A program made the position numbers and the translations under genes. From the IMG/VR virus record IMGVR_UViG_3300035139_000065, positions 1-43,414 of that record: 43,414 bases of DNA; one strand, written 5' to 3'. The stretch is from a virus (taxonomy: Duplodnaviria; Caudoviricetes). This document shows, one piece after another, positions 1 through 9,318 of this stretch. The notes under the pieces are model-generated. The model was not told the origin of the DNA. It was given only the letters and a program-made list of their open reading frames with translations, and ran no database searches. How positions within the stretch are numbered: the first letter of the stretch is position 1; every line of letters begins with the position of its first letter.

Positions 1-613
1 GTGCCGCACCAAGGTCAGCAATCATGTCCTGATCGCTGTCAATCGTCACGACACCGGCGGTGGTGTTGCCGATGATGTGGTACTCCTTGCCAGCAACACC
101 GTCGAGAACAACGTAGCCGTCCTTCCACTCGTTCTGGAGCATCGTGAGGTGCGTGTCGAGCGTGGTCGCCGTGAAGTCACCGATGACAACGCCAGCCTCA
201 CGCCCAAGAATCTTGCGACGACCACCCCACTTGCCGGGGTTGTGGGCTTTCATCGTCGCAAGCGGAATGCGCAGCTTGTCCGTCAGCAATCGACGGCAAT
301 ACAAGGTGCGTTCCGCCTTGACTCCCGTTCCGTCATCGATGCGAACAAGATGGTTCTCTCCGGCACCAAGACTGGTGTCCCAGAAATCCTGCACTGCATC
401 GGGCAACAGCGACTCGGGAATGCGACCGCCGACCTTGCGGAACGAGTCGGCCTTGCTGAAGGTGCTGATCAGTTCCGGCGGAAGCGGCCCCTTCTCCAGA
501 ATACCAAGGTAGCCGGTAACTCCAAGGGCACCCGCCTCGATGGTCTTGTCGGTGTCGAGTTCCACGACCTGAACGCCCGCCGCCCGCACCGCTCCGAACA
601 CTCTGGTAGTCAT
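1..613 (-). CDS. Tail sheath protein, N-terminal part (runs off the window edge)
   Basis: Not in the ORF track. Read by hand from ATG at 613 with an AGGAGG RBS: MTTRVFGAVRAAGVQVVELDTDKTIEAGALGVTGYLGILEKGP...AHNPGKWG. GVxVxE, GxxEKGP and PGxWG are typical sheath motifs, and the position after the neck genes fits. Confidence 0.8.
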   Translation of the reverse strand, partial: MTTRVFGAVRAAGVQVVELDTDKTIEAGALGVTGYLGILEKGPLPPELISTFSKADSFRKVGGRIPESLLPDAVQDFWDTSLGAGENHLVRIDDGTGVKAERTLYCRRLLTDKLRIPLATMKAHNPGKWGGRRKILGREAGVVIGDFTATTLDTHLTMLQNEWKDGYVVLDGVAGKEYHIIGNTTAGVVTIDSDQDMIADLGAA

Positions 614-629
614 CTTGCTTTCCTCCTTC

Positions 630-1886
630 TCACTGTACGTTGATGTCTGTTTCAACGCTCCCCTGCAAGCGGATGCGCTTGGTCGGGGTCACCTCCGGAC
701 CGGTCTTCGCTGACTTCAGGTACGAAAGAATTTCGTACACCACAGCCGTAGCGCGTCCAGTCCGCAATCCACTGAACTGCGGACTGCTGGTATCCGTGAA
801 CTCGCTATCAAGGTGCAAACGATATTGCTCGTCCATACCTTGCGAGTGAAGGAATGGGTTGTTCTCGCAATACCGCATCACGTCCTCTTGCAGTCGAAGC
901 GCGTCAACACCACCTGCCGACTGAGCGATTATAGCGAATCGAAGGTTGGTTGCATAGGGAGGCTCGAACAACACACCGCTTACCGTTGCGAGGTCGTAGA
1001 CGCCATCGGTTGCGGCGCGAGGCACAGATCCATCTTCTCTGATGTCTTCTATGATCAGAGCAGGGATCGAAGCAAGCTCAGCATAATCCATTGATTGGAT
1101 CACTACGACTTCAGGCGAATAGACGAATCGGATCCATACAGTGTTGCCAGCAGGGATTGCGCTTGTTAGCGTAATCACCTTTGTTGCAGGGTTGTAGCTT
1201 GAGAAAAGATCGCTGAGATGATCCGGATCTGCCGTGTGGTTGAACACACTATCAATATCCGAAACAACATAACCCGCATCCATCGGATAGTCGTTCAGGT
1301 CGATGCTTGCGGTAGTTACGTCAACCTCAAACGGGAAATCAGACAACGAAGTGATGGTCCGCAAAGCAGGAACCAAAGAGCGGTAGATGATATCTTCGAG
1401 GAAGTAGATTCGCCCTTCCCAAGCAACCTTGACCCAAGACAAGGTTGGTGCGTAGTAGCGATCCAGCGTTCGCAGATTCACCACCACCCGGAAGGTCTTG
1501 CTGTTGAAGTCCGCGATGTGGGCGTTGACTTCCGCTTCGGTATTCCAATCGCTCGCACCGGCAACCGCCCACGTCGAGCCATTCCAGTAGCGTTGATCCG
1601 TACCGTCGTGCAAACGCACGCGATGTTGCGTCTTGATGATCTCTCCATCCTTGCCCTGCGTCACACCAACCAAGAGCATGTGCCACTTGATCCAAGCTCC
1701 CGGGGTTGTCTCCTTGGTGATGACGTACAAGTCGGCGTCAAGCGGATAGTAGCCTTCCGAGTCGGAAACAAGCGTCACGATGTTGTTCAGCGAGTCAAGC
1801 TGTATCTTGGTCGGATCGGACAGCACGATATCCGGGCGATCCGCTTCGGTGAACGTGAACTCTTTCGGAAGCAAGTGCGTCTGCAT
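630..1886 (-). CDS. Virion structural protein, probable tail terminator/neck protein with extra beta domains
   Basis: 418 aa, directly upstream of the sheath gene. Contains a beta-sandwich-like YNPATKVITLTSAIPAGNTVWIRFVY segment and a C-terminal half resembling tail-completion proteins. Mostly positional. Confidence 0.5.
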   Translation of the reverse strand: MQTHLLPKEFTFTEADRPDIVLSDPTKIQLDSLNNIVTLVSDSEGYYPLDADLYVITKETTPGAWIKWHMLLVGVTQGKDGEIIKTQHRVRLHDGTDQRYWNGSTWAVAGASDWNTEAEVNAHIADFNSKTFRVVVNLRTLDRYYAPTLSWVKVAWEGRIYFLEDIIYRSLVPALRTITSLSDFPFEVDVTTASIDLNDYPMDAGYVVSDIDSVFNHTADPDHLSDLFSSYNPATKVITLTSAIPAGNTVWIRFVYSPEVVVIQSMDYAELASIPALIIEDIREDGSVPRAATDGVYDLATVSGVLFEPPYATNLRFAIIAQSAGGVDALRLQEDVMRYCENNPFLHSQGMDEQYRLHLDSEFTDTSSPQFSGLRTGRATAVVYEILSYLKSAKTGPEVTPTKRIRLQGSVETDINVQ

Positions 1887-2533
1887 TACTCGACTCCACG
1901 CATCGCGTTGCTAATCGCACGCTGCCAGTGGGTACGAAGCTTCTCGACAATCGCCCGGTCCCGAAAAGTCTGCTCGATGAATGGCCGTCGCGGAACGCGA
2001 ATCACCGTCGTCGAAGCCTTCAATGGAAAGATGACAACCTTGCGTCGAATGGCGATCCGCTTCAGTTCTTCGGCGCGCTTGCTCTTCATCTTGACTGTTG
2101 CCCGGAACCTCCCCGCCTTGTCCCGAGCCTTCGTCTTCGGATCCTTGGTGGCAAGCCACAAGCTGAAGAACAAGCCTCGCATCTTGTCCGTGACCGGGAT
2201 GCTGGCTCCCTCGTGTATTGCTGCCGCGATGTTGTATCGGTTGTTCGTCTTGAGCACTCCAACGAAGTAGCGGGCGCGATCAACACGTTGTGACGTGATT
2301 GATTGGAACAACTGTCCCCGATCAACCAACGGCTTCGTGGAACCCTTGAGCGCAATAGTCAAGGCGGCATTGGCGTCGAACTTGGCCGTGGTCATGCGTT
2401 GTCTAACGTACTTCACCATCAACAAAGCAGCTTGCCGGGTAGCAAGATCAGAAGCGCGACGAACGCGCGCTCTTGCAGCAGGAGACAACCTGCTTAGAAA
2501 GCGTTCCCAACCACTGGTCAGATGCAACCACAT
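1886..2533 (-). CDS. HK97 gp10-like / virion morphogenesis (neck) protein
   Basis: NAALTIALKGSTKPLVDRGQLFQSI, AAIHEG and VPRRPFI motifs. ATG at 2533 lies just after the upstream stop. Confidence 0.75.
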   Translation of the reverse strand: MWLHLTSGWERFLSRLSPAARARVRRASDLATRQAALLMVKYVRQRMTTAKFDANAALTIALKGSTKPLVDRGQLFQSITSQRVDRARYFVGVLKTNNRYNIAAAIHEGASIPVTDKMRGLFFSLWLATKDPKTKARDKAGRFRATVKMKSKRAEELKRIAIRRKVVIFPLKASTTVIRVPRRPFIEQTFRDRAIVEKLRTHWQRAISNAMRGVE

Positions 2534-2535
2534 GA

Positions 2536-2940
2536 TCAACCGTTGCTCACAGGAGCCTTGTCGACAAAGAGGCACTTGAACAGCGAGTGGCCACCTCTGT
2601 CGGGATAGTGACCGAGCGGCACGATGCTATCGATGTACAGATCCAATCCAGTTAGGATGCCGATTCGGATGATGCGATCCAACCTCTTCGGCGTGTAGCC
2701 GATTGTGTTTGCATCCTTGACCCGAAACAACACGTAGCCCGCTTCCCTGTCCTGCAATCCAAGTTCGGTTGCAACCGCTTCGTCATGCACTCCCCACTTC
2801 GCTTGCCCAGGCAAAGTGTATTGCTGCTTGCGAACAGCTTGCTTGACTGGTTCCCTTGAATCCGGATCGTAGATCGTCTTCGACGCATCGAACTGTTCGA
2901 CGATCACCGTCACAGGATGGAGAAGGCGCGGTTGCGGCAT
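2536..2940 (-). CDS. Head closure (stopper) protein
   Basis: 134 aa, beta-rich, between the adaptor and the gp10-like gene; typical size and order. Confidence 0.6.
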   Translation of the reverse strand: MPQPRLLHPVTVIVEQFDASKTIYDPDSREPVKQAVRKQQYTLPGQAKWGVHDEAVATELGLQDREAGYVLFRVKDANTIGYTPKRLDRIIRIGILTGLDLYIDSIVPLGHYPDRGGHSLFKCLFVDKAPVSNG

Positions 2941-2943
2941 GGC

Positions 2944-3648
2944 CTAGTATTCCCCCCAGGCAATCGGCACACCACCACCAAGCGGAGCACGGTATTGCTT
3001 GATGATGGCGGCAATCTCGTCGTCCTGCACGATGTCATCGATCAGGCCGCCACCGCCTCCTGTGGTCGACCACTCGATTTCGTGACCGTCTGTCTTCTCC
3101 CTCTTGATTGGCCCCACGGCAAGCGGAACAACGGGAATGCCGGAGGTGTACATCAACGGCAACGACTTCTGAAGCAGAAGCAAGACCGCTCGCTTGATCA
3201 TCTTTGGTGTAGTGTCATCCGGTTCAAGGTAGCCGAACGTGCCGACGATCTTCTGATTGCGATGACCTTTCACGAACGCCGGATCGGCCGTTCCCAACGC
3301 AGCCCGCGTGAAGAGATCCCCCGACTTGCGACGCATCGTCAGACGCGGATTCTGCCGATCGTCGGGAAGCACCCGGCTGTTGTGCACGTTGTAGAAGTCC
3401 GTACCAAGCACGATCGTACTGTCGTTGATGTAGAGTTCGGTGACCCCGATGATCGGAACGGGCAACCACAACGTATCGCAGTCGGTGCCGTCGAGAAAGA
3501 TGGTCAGCGCACGCGACTCGAACCATTGACGGCAAGCGCGGTCAATGTAATCACTCCAAAGGTCGATCGCAGCTTGCACGCGAGCGTCGCTGTACGGCGG
3601 ATCCGTAACACCTTCGTCTCTTGCGTTTTGGACGGTGATGTAGCCCAC
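2944..3648 (-). CDS. Head-tail adaptor (SPP1 gp15/HK97 gp6-like)
   Basis: YITVQ...IDRACRQWF, LPVPIIGVTEL, GTFGY...PKMIKRAVLLL pattern of type I adaptors. Confidence 0.75.
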   Translation of the reverse strand: MGYITVQNARDEGVTDPPYSDARVQAAIDLWSDYIDRACRQWFESRALTIFLDGTDCDTLWLPVPIIGVTELYINDSTIVLGTDFYNVHNSRVLPDDRQNPRLTMRRKSGDLFTRAALGTADPAFVKGHRNQKIVGTFGYLEPDDTTPKMIKRAVLLLLQKSLPLMYTSGIPVVPLAVGPIKREKTDGHEIEWSTTGGGGGLIDDIVQDDEIAAIIKQYRAPLGGGVPIAWGEY

Positions 3649-3653
3649 GGTTC

Positions 3654-4073
3654 CTAGCCTCCCTCTTGCACTTCTACAAGCAAGACAGCTTCAATGCTAC
3701 CGGACGGAGCTAGCGAACCCGACGAACCCCACAGGAACCCAATCTCATCCCCCTTGTTCGCAACCAACTTGCCCGGCGGGAACTCCCACAGCTTCTTCGT
3801 TCCCGTCGTTGCGTTCATGTCAACCGTCTTGCCCGTCGGGTTGCCGTTCTTCGTCAATTCGAATCGGATGAACCCCGCCGTCACTGCATCCGATAGAACG
3901 ATTGCAACGGAGACAACGCTTGCTTTCTCTGCAAACGGCAGACTCTTCAACCCAATCCCTGCGATGTCCATCGGCACACCGGTCGTTTGCCCGGCCGTGA
4001 TGTTCTCCTTGTTCCACGTCGCAGGAAAGTAAGCGCGTGCAGTTTCGTATTGCGTTTCGTTGCCCGGCATCAC
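3654..4073 (-). CDS. Hypothetical beta-rich structural protein
   Basis: 139 aa, overlapping the upstream stop, inside the structural operon. Confidence 0.55.
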   Translation of the reverse strand: MMPGNETQYETARAYFPATWNKENITAGQTTGVPMDIAGIGLKSLPFAEKASVVSVAIVLSDAVTAGFIRFELTKNGNPTGKTVDMNATTGTKKLWEFPPGKLVANKGDEIGFLWGSSGSLAPSGSIEAVLLVEVQEGG

Positions 4074-4786
4074 GCCACCCCAACCTCAACCGCGATGATT
4101 TGGATCGGAACAGCAACGTCGTCGTTGTCCCCGGCACCCATCTCGTTGTTGCCGTCGCGACCAACTTCCAAAGCAATCGCGTCACCAAGCCGCATGCCAG
4201 ATCCATCGAGATCAACCACGGCTTCGAACACCTCACCAATCGTCGTATAGTTGACGGTTGCCACGGTGAAGCCCTCGGGTGCAAACGCTATCGAAGAATC
4301 CTCCCCCGTTGCTTGCGCTTTCACTTTCACGCCAATCCGCACCTTCGTCCCCGTATCCGACGACTTGAGGACGAACTGCGCGATGACCCGGAAGACGCAA
4401 TCAACGTCTTGCTCCAATGGCCAACGAAGGTAAACGCTGCCGAATCCGGTGATGCCGTCCTGAATCTCAATCGCTGGACGACCGTTGGCAACAACTCGCG
4501 AAACGCCCGCCTCCACCGCTTCCAAAAACATATTCACAAGCAAGGGTACATAACTGCGCCACGGCTTGCCGCTATGTGCAGCAACAAGACCATCGAGCGT
4601 TGCTTCATCACCGGAATCTAGCGGACCGGTGAACCAGACATCGCACTCGTCATCGTTGGTGTTGATGTGATCCACCGTAGCAGACGTAATACCGCTTGCT
4701 TGGATTTCCTCCTTCAGACGAGTTGGGCCAACCTTGTGGTTGGGAAAATCGCCGCTGATTGAATAGCCGTACTTCGTAGCAGCCAT
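4070..4786 (-). CDS. Hypothetical structural protein (fibre-associated)
   Basis: 238 aa, coupled to both neighbours. N-terminal LDGLVAAH segment and a jelly-roll-like C-terminus. Confidence 0.55.
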   Translation of the reverse strand: MAATKYGYSISGDFPNHKVGPTRLKEEIQASGITSATVDHINTNDDECDVWFTGPLDSGDEATLDGLVAAHSGKPWRSYVPLLVNMFLEAVEAGVSRVVANGRPAIEIQDGITGFGSVYLRWPLEQDVDCVFRVIAQFVLKSSDTGTKVRIGVKVKAQATGEDSSIAFAPEGFTVATVNYTTIGEVFEAVVDLDGSGMRLGDAIALEVGRDGNNEMGAGDNDDVAVPIQIIAVEVGVA

Positions 4787-5781
4787 TAGCTGACCCTCCA
4801 GAACTCAAGCCGGGCACGGCGAATGTAGACGGTGGTTGAGTTGTCTGGGGAACGATATTGGATGTTGAAAGTCTTCGCCGCCCCGGTGAAGGTTAGATCG
4901 ATGAATCCGGATTCTCCCCGATAGTAATCGGTGTCTGGTGGACGACAAAAAGAAAAGGCAAGCTCGGTTGTATCGGTGACATTGTATAGTCGCGACTCAA
5001 CAAGCTTGTTGCCTGAACCAACGGCTATCTCCGCGTAGTACGCCACTCGATAGGTTCCGGTGAGCGTGGGTGTGGTTAGCGTTGCCTTGTCTTGGAACGT
5101 ATCGCTTGTTGTCGATGATACCCCTTCGCTTGCCGCCGCTTGGTAGTCCTGCCCGAAACGCGAACCGGGAAGGTCGTCGATGGTGATATGCTTCTTCGCA
5201 AAGCCAGCCGCACTGTCTTCGATCAACAGAAGGTCCGTCAGGTCAAGCGGTGCTGCCTTCGCGCCGAAGGTTCCGAAGTCGGCAGCAGCACGCTTCAGTT
5301 GCGCATCGTTGGTTACGTTGCCCAACCCAACTTGCGACTTGTCCAGCGTGACGGCATCCGGTTGCCCCAGACCGTGCGTTCCTGCATGCGGAAGCGGCGT
5401 CTGCGGATCAGCAAGCAACCCGGACAATCCTGCAACGTTGATCTGGTCCGTTCCCCCGTTCTCATGAAGCGAAGCGTGGTTCGCAGGCAAGCCGGTGTTG
5501 GTGATGTTGTACCAAGTGGTTGCCGATTCGTCGTAGATGAACATCGCAGGAATACCGGCTCCGGTATCTCGCACAGCAACCATGTCACCGTCGCGGATGT
5601 CCGTCGTCGGCAAGTCCGGTATGGTGGGGACGACGCCCCGAATCTTCACCCACTGTTCGAAGTTCTCAAGCAATGCGCCAAGCGAGTAGGGAAGATCGGT
5701 TGTCTCCGTTCCCTGCACGATGCCAGCGTTGCCGTCGAACTGATCCGCCTGAAGAGGAAAACCGGGCGGTCTGGTAATCAT
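4786..5781 (-). CDS. Fibre-like protein (head/collar/whisker fibre)
   Basis: Two HAxxHxxGxxD repeats, a phage-tail-repeat-like DKSQVGLGNVTN motif and a C-terminal beta domain. Confidence 0.6.
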   Translation of the reverse strand: MITRPPGFPLQADQFDGNAGIVQGTETTDLPYSLGALLENFEQWVKIRGVVPTIPDLPTTDIRDGDMVAVRDTGAGIPAMFIYDESATTWYNITNTGLPANHASLHENGGTDQINVAGLSGLLADPQTPLPHAGTHGLGQPDAVTLDKSQVGLGNVTNDAQLKRAAADFGTFGAKAAPLDLTDLLLIEDSAAGFAKKHITIDDLPGSRFGQDYQAAASEGVSSTTSDTFQDKATLTTPTLTGTYRVAYYAEIAVGSGNKLVESRLYNVTDTTELAFSFCRPPDTDYYRGESGFIDLTFTGAAKTFNIQYRSPDNSTTVYIRRARLEFWRVS

Positions 5782-6155
5782 CGCTCCTTGCCTCCATTAC
5801 GCCGCAACGGTGGAAATCGCAGCTTGCCCGTCTTCACGAGGTTGAGCCTTGCGAGAGGAGAAGAACCATTCAGGTAAACCAACATGCTGAACTCGACATC
5901 ATCCGCTTGGCAGGTGATGCGTTCGGCAACGGCAATGCCGTCTTCCTTGCAGACAAGCTCAGCTTGGTAGTTTATTGCACGGAAGCGACGCGGCATCGGG
6001 AGCACATGGGTATAGCCCCCATGCAGGATTCCGATGCCGGTCACCTTCCGTTGGAAGTGTGGATCTGCTTGCAGGCTTTGCCAGCGGTCAGACTGCTGTT
6101 GCTCCGACAAGTCGAAGTGCAGTGTTCTCCCGTCGGCAAGGTTCAAGCAGAGCAT
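5778..6155 (-). CDS. Hypothetical protein
   Basis: 125 aa in operon order, overlapping the next start. Confidence 0.55.
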   Translation of the reverse strand: MLCLNLADGRTLHFDLSEQQQSDRWQSLQADPHFQRKVTGIGILHGGYTHVLPMPRRFRAINYQAELVCKEDGIAVAERITCQADDVEFSMLVYLNGSSPLARLNLVKTGKLRFPPLRRNGGKER

Positions 6156-6164
6156 GCGGAAAGG

Positions 6165-6413
6165 TCACTTGGGCTTCTTCGGCTTGCTGCTGGTCTCGCT
6201 CTCCGAAGCATGCGCCACCTTCTTCGGAGGAACCGGAACGGGTTTCGGAGTGACGTCGCGAACGTCAGCTTCCGGAAGCTTCTTCAGCAATGCAAGCTTG
6301 CCCTTGTCCTTGATCTCGTCGAAGGTGTACAAGCCTCCAGGCAACAGCGACAAGCGCTCATCACCCTCTTCGAGATCAACGGGTGTGGTCCCGACATAGA
6401 GCATCGACTTCAT
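6165..6413 (-). CDS. Hypothetical protein
   Basis: 82 aa with a basic C-terminus, in operon order. Confidence 0.55.
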   Translation of the reverse strand: MKSMLYVGTTPVDLEEGDERLSLLPGGLYTFDEIKDKGKLALLKKLPEADVRDVTPKPVPVPPKKVAHASESETSSKPKKPK

Positions 6414-6417
6414 CTGC

Positions 6418-6774
6418 TCACTTCCTTCCCTTCTTCACCTTGCCCTTGCCCTTCGTCGTGCGGACGGGCTTGGCTTCGGGTACTTCCTCCTCCGGGTCCT
6501 CCTCCGGTTCGTCCTCGGGTTCATCCTCGGGTTCGTCCTGCATGCCCGCTTCCTCGACAGGCACCGGCTCCTTTCCGGGATCAACCTGCACCTTCACCTT
6601 CGGTTGCTCGCGCTCGACGCAATCGAAGAGATCCATGCCCTTGATCCGCTGCCAGACGGAAGGGTCCGTCACCGACAGCGGAACGCCGGGGCGAAACGTA
6701 ACGCCGTTCATCGAGAACGACCTTGGGCAGTTGTCCCCCGGCTTGAGTGTTGCTTCACCGATCACCTTGGCCAT
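6418..6774 (-). CDS. Hypothetical capsid-adjacent protein with acidic PEDE repeats
   Basis: 118 aa after the capsid gene; AAAGGGGA RBS; EPEDEPEDEPEEDPEEE low-complexity tract followed by a basic tail. Confidence 0.65.
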   Translation of the reverse strand: MAKVIGEATLKPGDNCPRSFSMNGVTFRPGVPLSVTDPSVWQRIKGMDLFDCVEREQPKVKVQVDPGKEPVPVEEAGMQDEPEDEPEDEPEEDPEEEVPEAKPVRTTKGKGKVKKGRK

Positions 6775-6839
6775 CTTGAATCCCCTTTCTTGCCTTGCTG
6801 CGTTGCATATCGATCCGAACTCCCGGTTGGTTGGTTGTA

Positions 6840-6891
6840 TGTGGCGGGTGGGGAGCGATGGGGGATTATTCGCTCAGACCCACCCGCCACA
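6840..6891 (-). terminator. Long GC-rich stem-loop downstream of the capsid gene (terminator or processing/stability element)
   Basis: TGTGGCGGGTGGG (6840-6852) pairs with CCCACCCGCCACA (6879-6891), with an inner GAGCGA/TCGCTC stem. No U-tract follows. Confidence 0.55.
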
Positions 6892-6919
6892 CTTGCGTGC
6901 GTCAGCGGGCGAGCAACCG

Positions 6920-8137
6920 CTAGACGCTCACACCGACGTTGGTCGCCTTCACGATCGCATCCGTCTCTTCGAAGACAACCGACACCTTCAGCGTGATCAC
7001 GTACTGGTTCACCCGCTTGTAGATGTCGCGGTCCTTCTCGATCCGGATATCGCGGCCGATGGCGACGATGAAGTTGGACATGTGCGTGAGGAGGATCTGC
7101 GGCTGCGCCTGATAGGTGACCTTGTACGTGGTCGCAGGCAGGTTGATGTTCGTGATGACGCCAGTCGTGTAGTTCACGCTGTAGTTGACCCCCTCAACAT
7201 ACGGCGTGGTCGGAGTGCCAGCGAGAGCCGCCGGAAGGATCGTCAGCGAACCGGCAACGACCGGACGGTAGCGCAAAGCAACCGTGCCCGGAGCCGCCGG
7301 AATCGCAACGTGCTCGACGATCTTCGGCGTGTGCGGGAACAGCGGAGCCGCAACCAACTGCACACCATACGGAGTCAGCCGAACGCCGCTCTGGAGAGCC
7401 TGATCACCGACCGCCGTGGCGCGCGTGCTGGTCTTCTCCCGGTACAACTGCTCAAGGTCGGGCGAGCAGAAGAACCGAAGCTGATCCATGTTCCGACGCC
7501 ACTTCGTGGGAAGCTGCGTCAGCATGCGGCTGAACACCGTCGGACCAACGTTGGCTCCCGCAGCATCGTACAGGTGCGCGGTATCGGCCGACCGCAGCCA
7601 CCCGTTGAAGAGAGCCATATAGCTGTCCTTGATGTACTTGGTCGTGTCGCCGCCTTCGATGTAGTCGCTTTCGAGGATCGCAGCACCAAGCGTGTCACCG
7701 TTGATCGCAAGATCCTCGATGTCGTTGTTCGTCTGCTTGGCCATCATCTGCACGATGTGATCAAGCAGCGCGGCTCCCTCAAGGTTGATCTCGCCAACGA
7801 TGTCCGAGACCTCCCACGGCACGATGATCTCGCGTGGCTGGAGGACGATCTTGGTCGTCGTGATGCCACGACGGTAGCGGGGATCGGCTGCCTCCGCGGC
7901 AGGCAACGCAACGCGGCGCGCGAGACCGATCTTGTCGATCTCAGCCGTCTCGGGCTTGAAGCGCATGATGCGCGCGTTGTTCTTGAGCATCGACTGATCG
8001 ATGATGTAGTCGATGAACTTGTCTGCCTGCTGCGGATTGAGCTTGCCCGCTGCGGCAAGAGAGTCAGCGGCGATGACCGCCTTCTCAACCCGGTTCTTCT
8101 GCTGCGCCATCAGTTCTTCGTTCGTCGGGGTCGGCAT
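6920..8137 (-). CDS. Major capsid protein (HK97 fold)
   Basis: GKLNPQQADKFID, EDLAINGD, GRDIRIEKDRDI motifs. AGGAG RBS before ATG at 8137; strongly biased codon usage. Confidence 0.92.
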   Translation of the reverse strand: MPTPTNEELMAQQKNRVEKAVIAADSLAAAGKLNPQQADKFIDYIIDQSMLKNNARIMRFKPETAEIDKIGLARRVALPAAEAADPRYRRGITTTKIVLQPREIIVPWEVSDIVGEINLEGAALLDHIVQMMAKQTNNDIEDLAINGDTLGAAILESDYIEGGDTTKYIKDSYMALFNGWLRSADTAHLYDAAGANVGPTVFSRMLTQLPTKWRRNMDQLRFFCSPDLEQLYREKTSTRATAVGDQALQSGVRLTPYGVQLVAAPLFPHTPKIVEHVAIPAAPGTVALRYRPVVAGSLTILPAALAGTPTTPYVEGVNYSVNYTTGVITNINLPATTYKVTYQAQPQILLTHMSNFIVAIGRDIRIEKDRDIYKRVNQYVITLKVSVVFEETDAIVKATNVGVSV

Positions 8138-8196
8138 GTTCTTCACTCCTTTTCCTTTTGCTTGGGTTGCTCCCAAAGCCTTCGGCGGTTCCCCGC

Positions 8197-9237
8197 CTAC
8201 AGAATCCCATCCCAGATGCTCGTCTGCTTCTCGACGGGCTTGCTGGTCCCATCCTGCGGGATAGCACTGGGAGTGCCGCGCGTCTTGTCCGCTTCCTCAA
8301 GGCGCTTGGTCAACGCCTCCACCTTCTCCTTGGTGTCAGCAAGCTCCTTCTCGACCTCTTCGAGCTTCTTGGTGTCGCGCTTGCCCTCTTCCATCTCCTC
8401 TTCCTCCTTGTCCGGCTTCTTCGCGGCAGCTTCCTTCTGCTCGATGCCGAGTTCCTTCATCATCGTGCCGAAGGCATCGGGATCCATGTCCTTCACCATG
8501 CCAAGCAGCGCGGAAACGGCGGTCTTGACGGCTTCCTTGCGAGCCGGAGTGAAGCGCTTGCCCTTCTCGATGTCTTCGAGACCGGAGATCTCCACCGCTC
8601 CGTCCTCACCCCACTTCAGGGTGACGCCCTTGCGCGTCGGCTTCTGGTAGTCCTCTTCCTCGCCCGGCTTGCCAGCCATGCGCGCCTCGACCATGTTCAT
8701 CGCCTTGGTTGCGATTCCGGCAATCTGCTTCAGGGCGGCAGCGGCAGCCTTCAGCTTCTTGTTGTCGTCCTTGCCGTACTCCTGCTTCTCGACATCCTCA
8801 ACCACGTCGGACAGCGACTTGCTCAACGTCTGCACGACATCAACGGCATCCGTCAACTGCCAGAGCATCCGGTTCATCGAGCACACGCGCTTGTGCAGTT
8901 CCTCAACGTCCAGATCGGTGGTGGAAATCTCCTCCGCGAGCTTCTTCACCGCAGCGATCTTCTCCGCAGCGATCTCGCCATGCCGGGTGAGCATCACCTT
9001 CTGCTTGTCTTCGGTAGTTCCCTCTTCCTCCGACGGGGGCGCTTCACCTTCCGTCTTCGTGACGTCCTCTTCCTTGGGCTTCGTCTCGGTGTTGTCCGAC
9101 ATGACCGCTCCTTCCTTTCGCTTGATGACCTTGAATTCCTCCTCGTTGGCCGGGCGGTCAACAAGGGATACCTCGCTGACGTCAATGTCCGTCAGCCGCT
9201 TGCTTGGCTTGCGATCCTTCGTCTTTTCAGTGGGCAT
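8197..9237 (-). CDS. Capsid scaffold protein with an N-terminal protease-type EVSLVDRPAN segment
   Basis: Charged, coiled-coil-rich protein directly upstream of the capsid gene, ending SIWDGIL. Begins with LTDIDVSEVSLVDRPAN. Confidence 0.8.
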   Translation of the reverse strand: MPTEKTKDRKPSKRLTDIDVSEVSLVDRPANEEEFKVIKRKEGAVMSDNTETKPKEEDVTKTEGEAPPSEEEGTTEDKQKVMLTRHGEIAAEKIAAVKKLAEEISTTDLDVEELHKRVCSMNRMLWQLTDAVDVVQTLSKSLSDVVEDVEKQEYGKDDNKKLKAAAAALKQIAGIATKAMNMVEARMAGKPGEEEDYQKPTRKGVTLKWGEDGAVEISGLEDIEKGKRFTPARKEAVKTAVSALLGMVKDMDPDAFGTMMKELGIEQKEAAAKKPDKEEEEMEEGKRDTKKLEEVEKELADTKEKVEALTKRLEEADKTRGTPSAIPQDGTSKPVEKQTSIWDGIL

Positions 9238-9260
9238 AGCTATCGCCTCTGCACCGGTGC

Positions 9261-9269
9261 AGTATAACA
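9261..9269 (-). promoter_or_regulatory. Putative extended -10 promoter for scaffold and capsid genes
   Basis: Minus strand TG-T-TATACT in the intergenic gap, next to the TGCACCGGTGCA palindrome. No clear -35. Confidence 0.4.
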
Positions 9270-9318
9270 GAGGCACAGCGACGTTGTGTAGTAGACAGGA
9301 ACAGAGAGCGAACGGAGA

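Noticed and set aside
6383-8650. Long plus-strand ORFs (755 aa here; also 12583-14169, 8158-9267, 1218-2270 and others)
   Set aside because: Antisense shadows of well-supported minus-strand genes in GC-rich DNA; no motifs or RBS.
9250-9261. NtrC-type enhancer at TGCACCGGTGCA
   Set aside because: Half-sites have no spacer, whereas NtrC sites have about 5 nt, and no sigma54 promoter is nearby.
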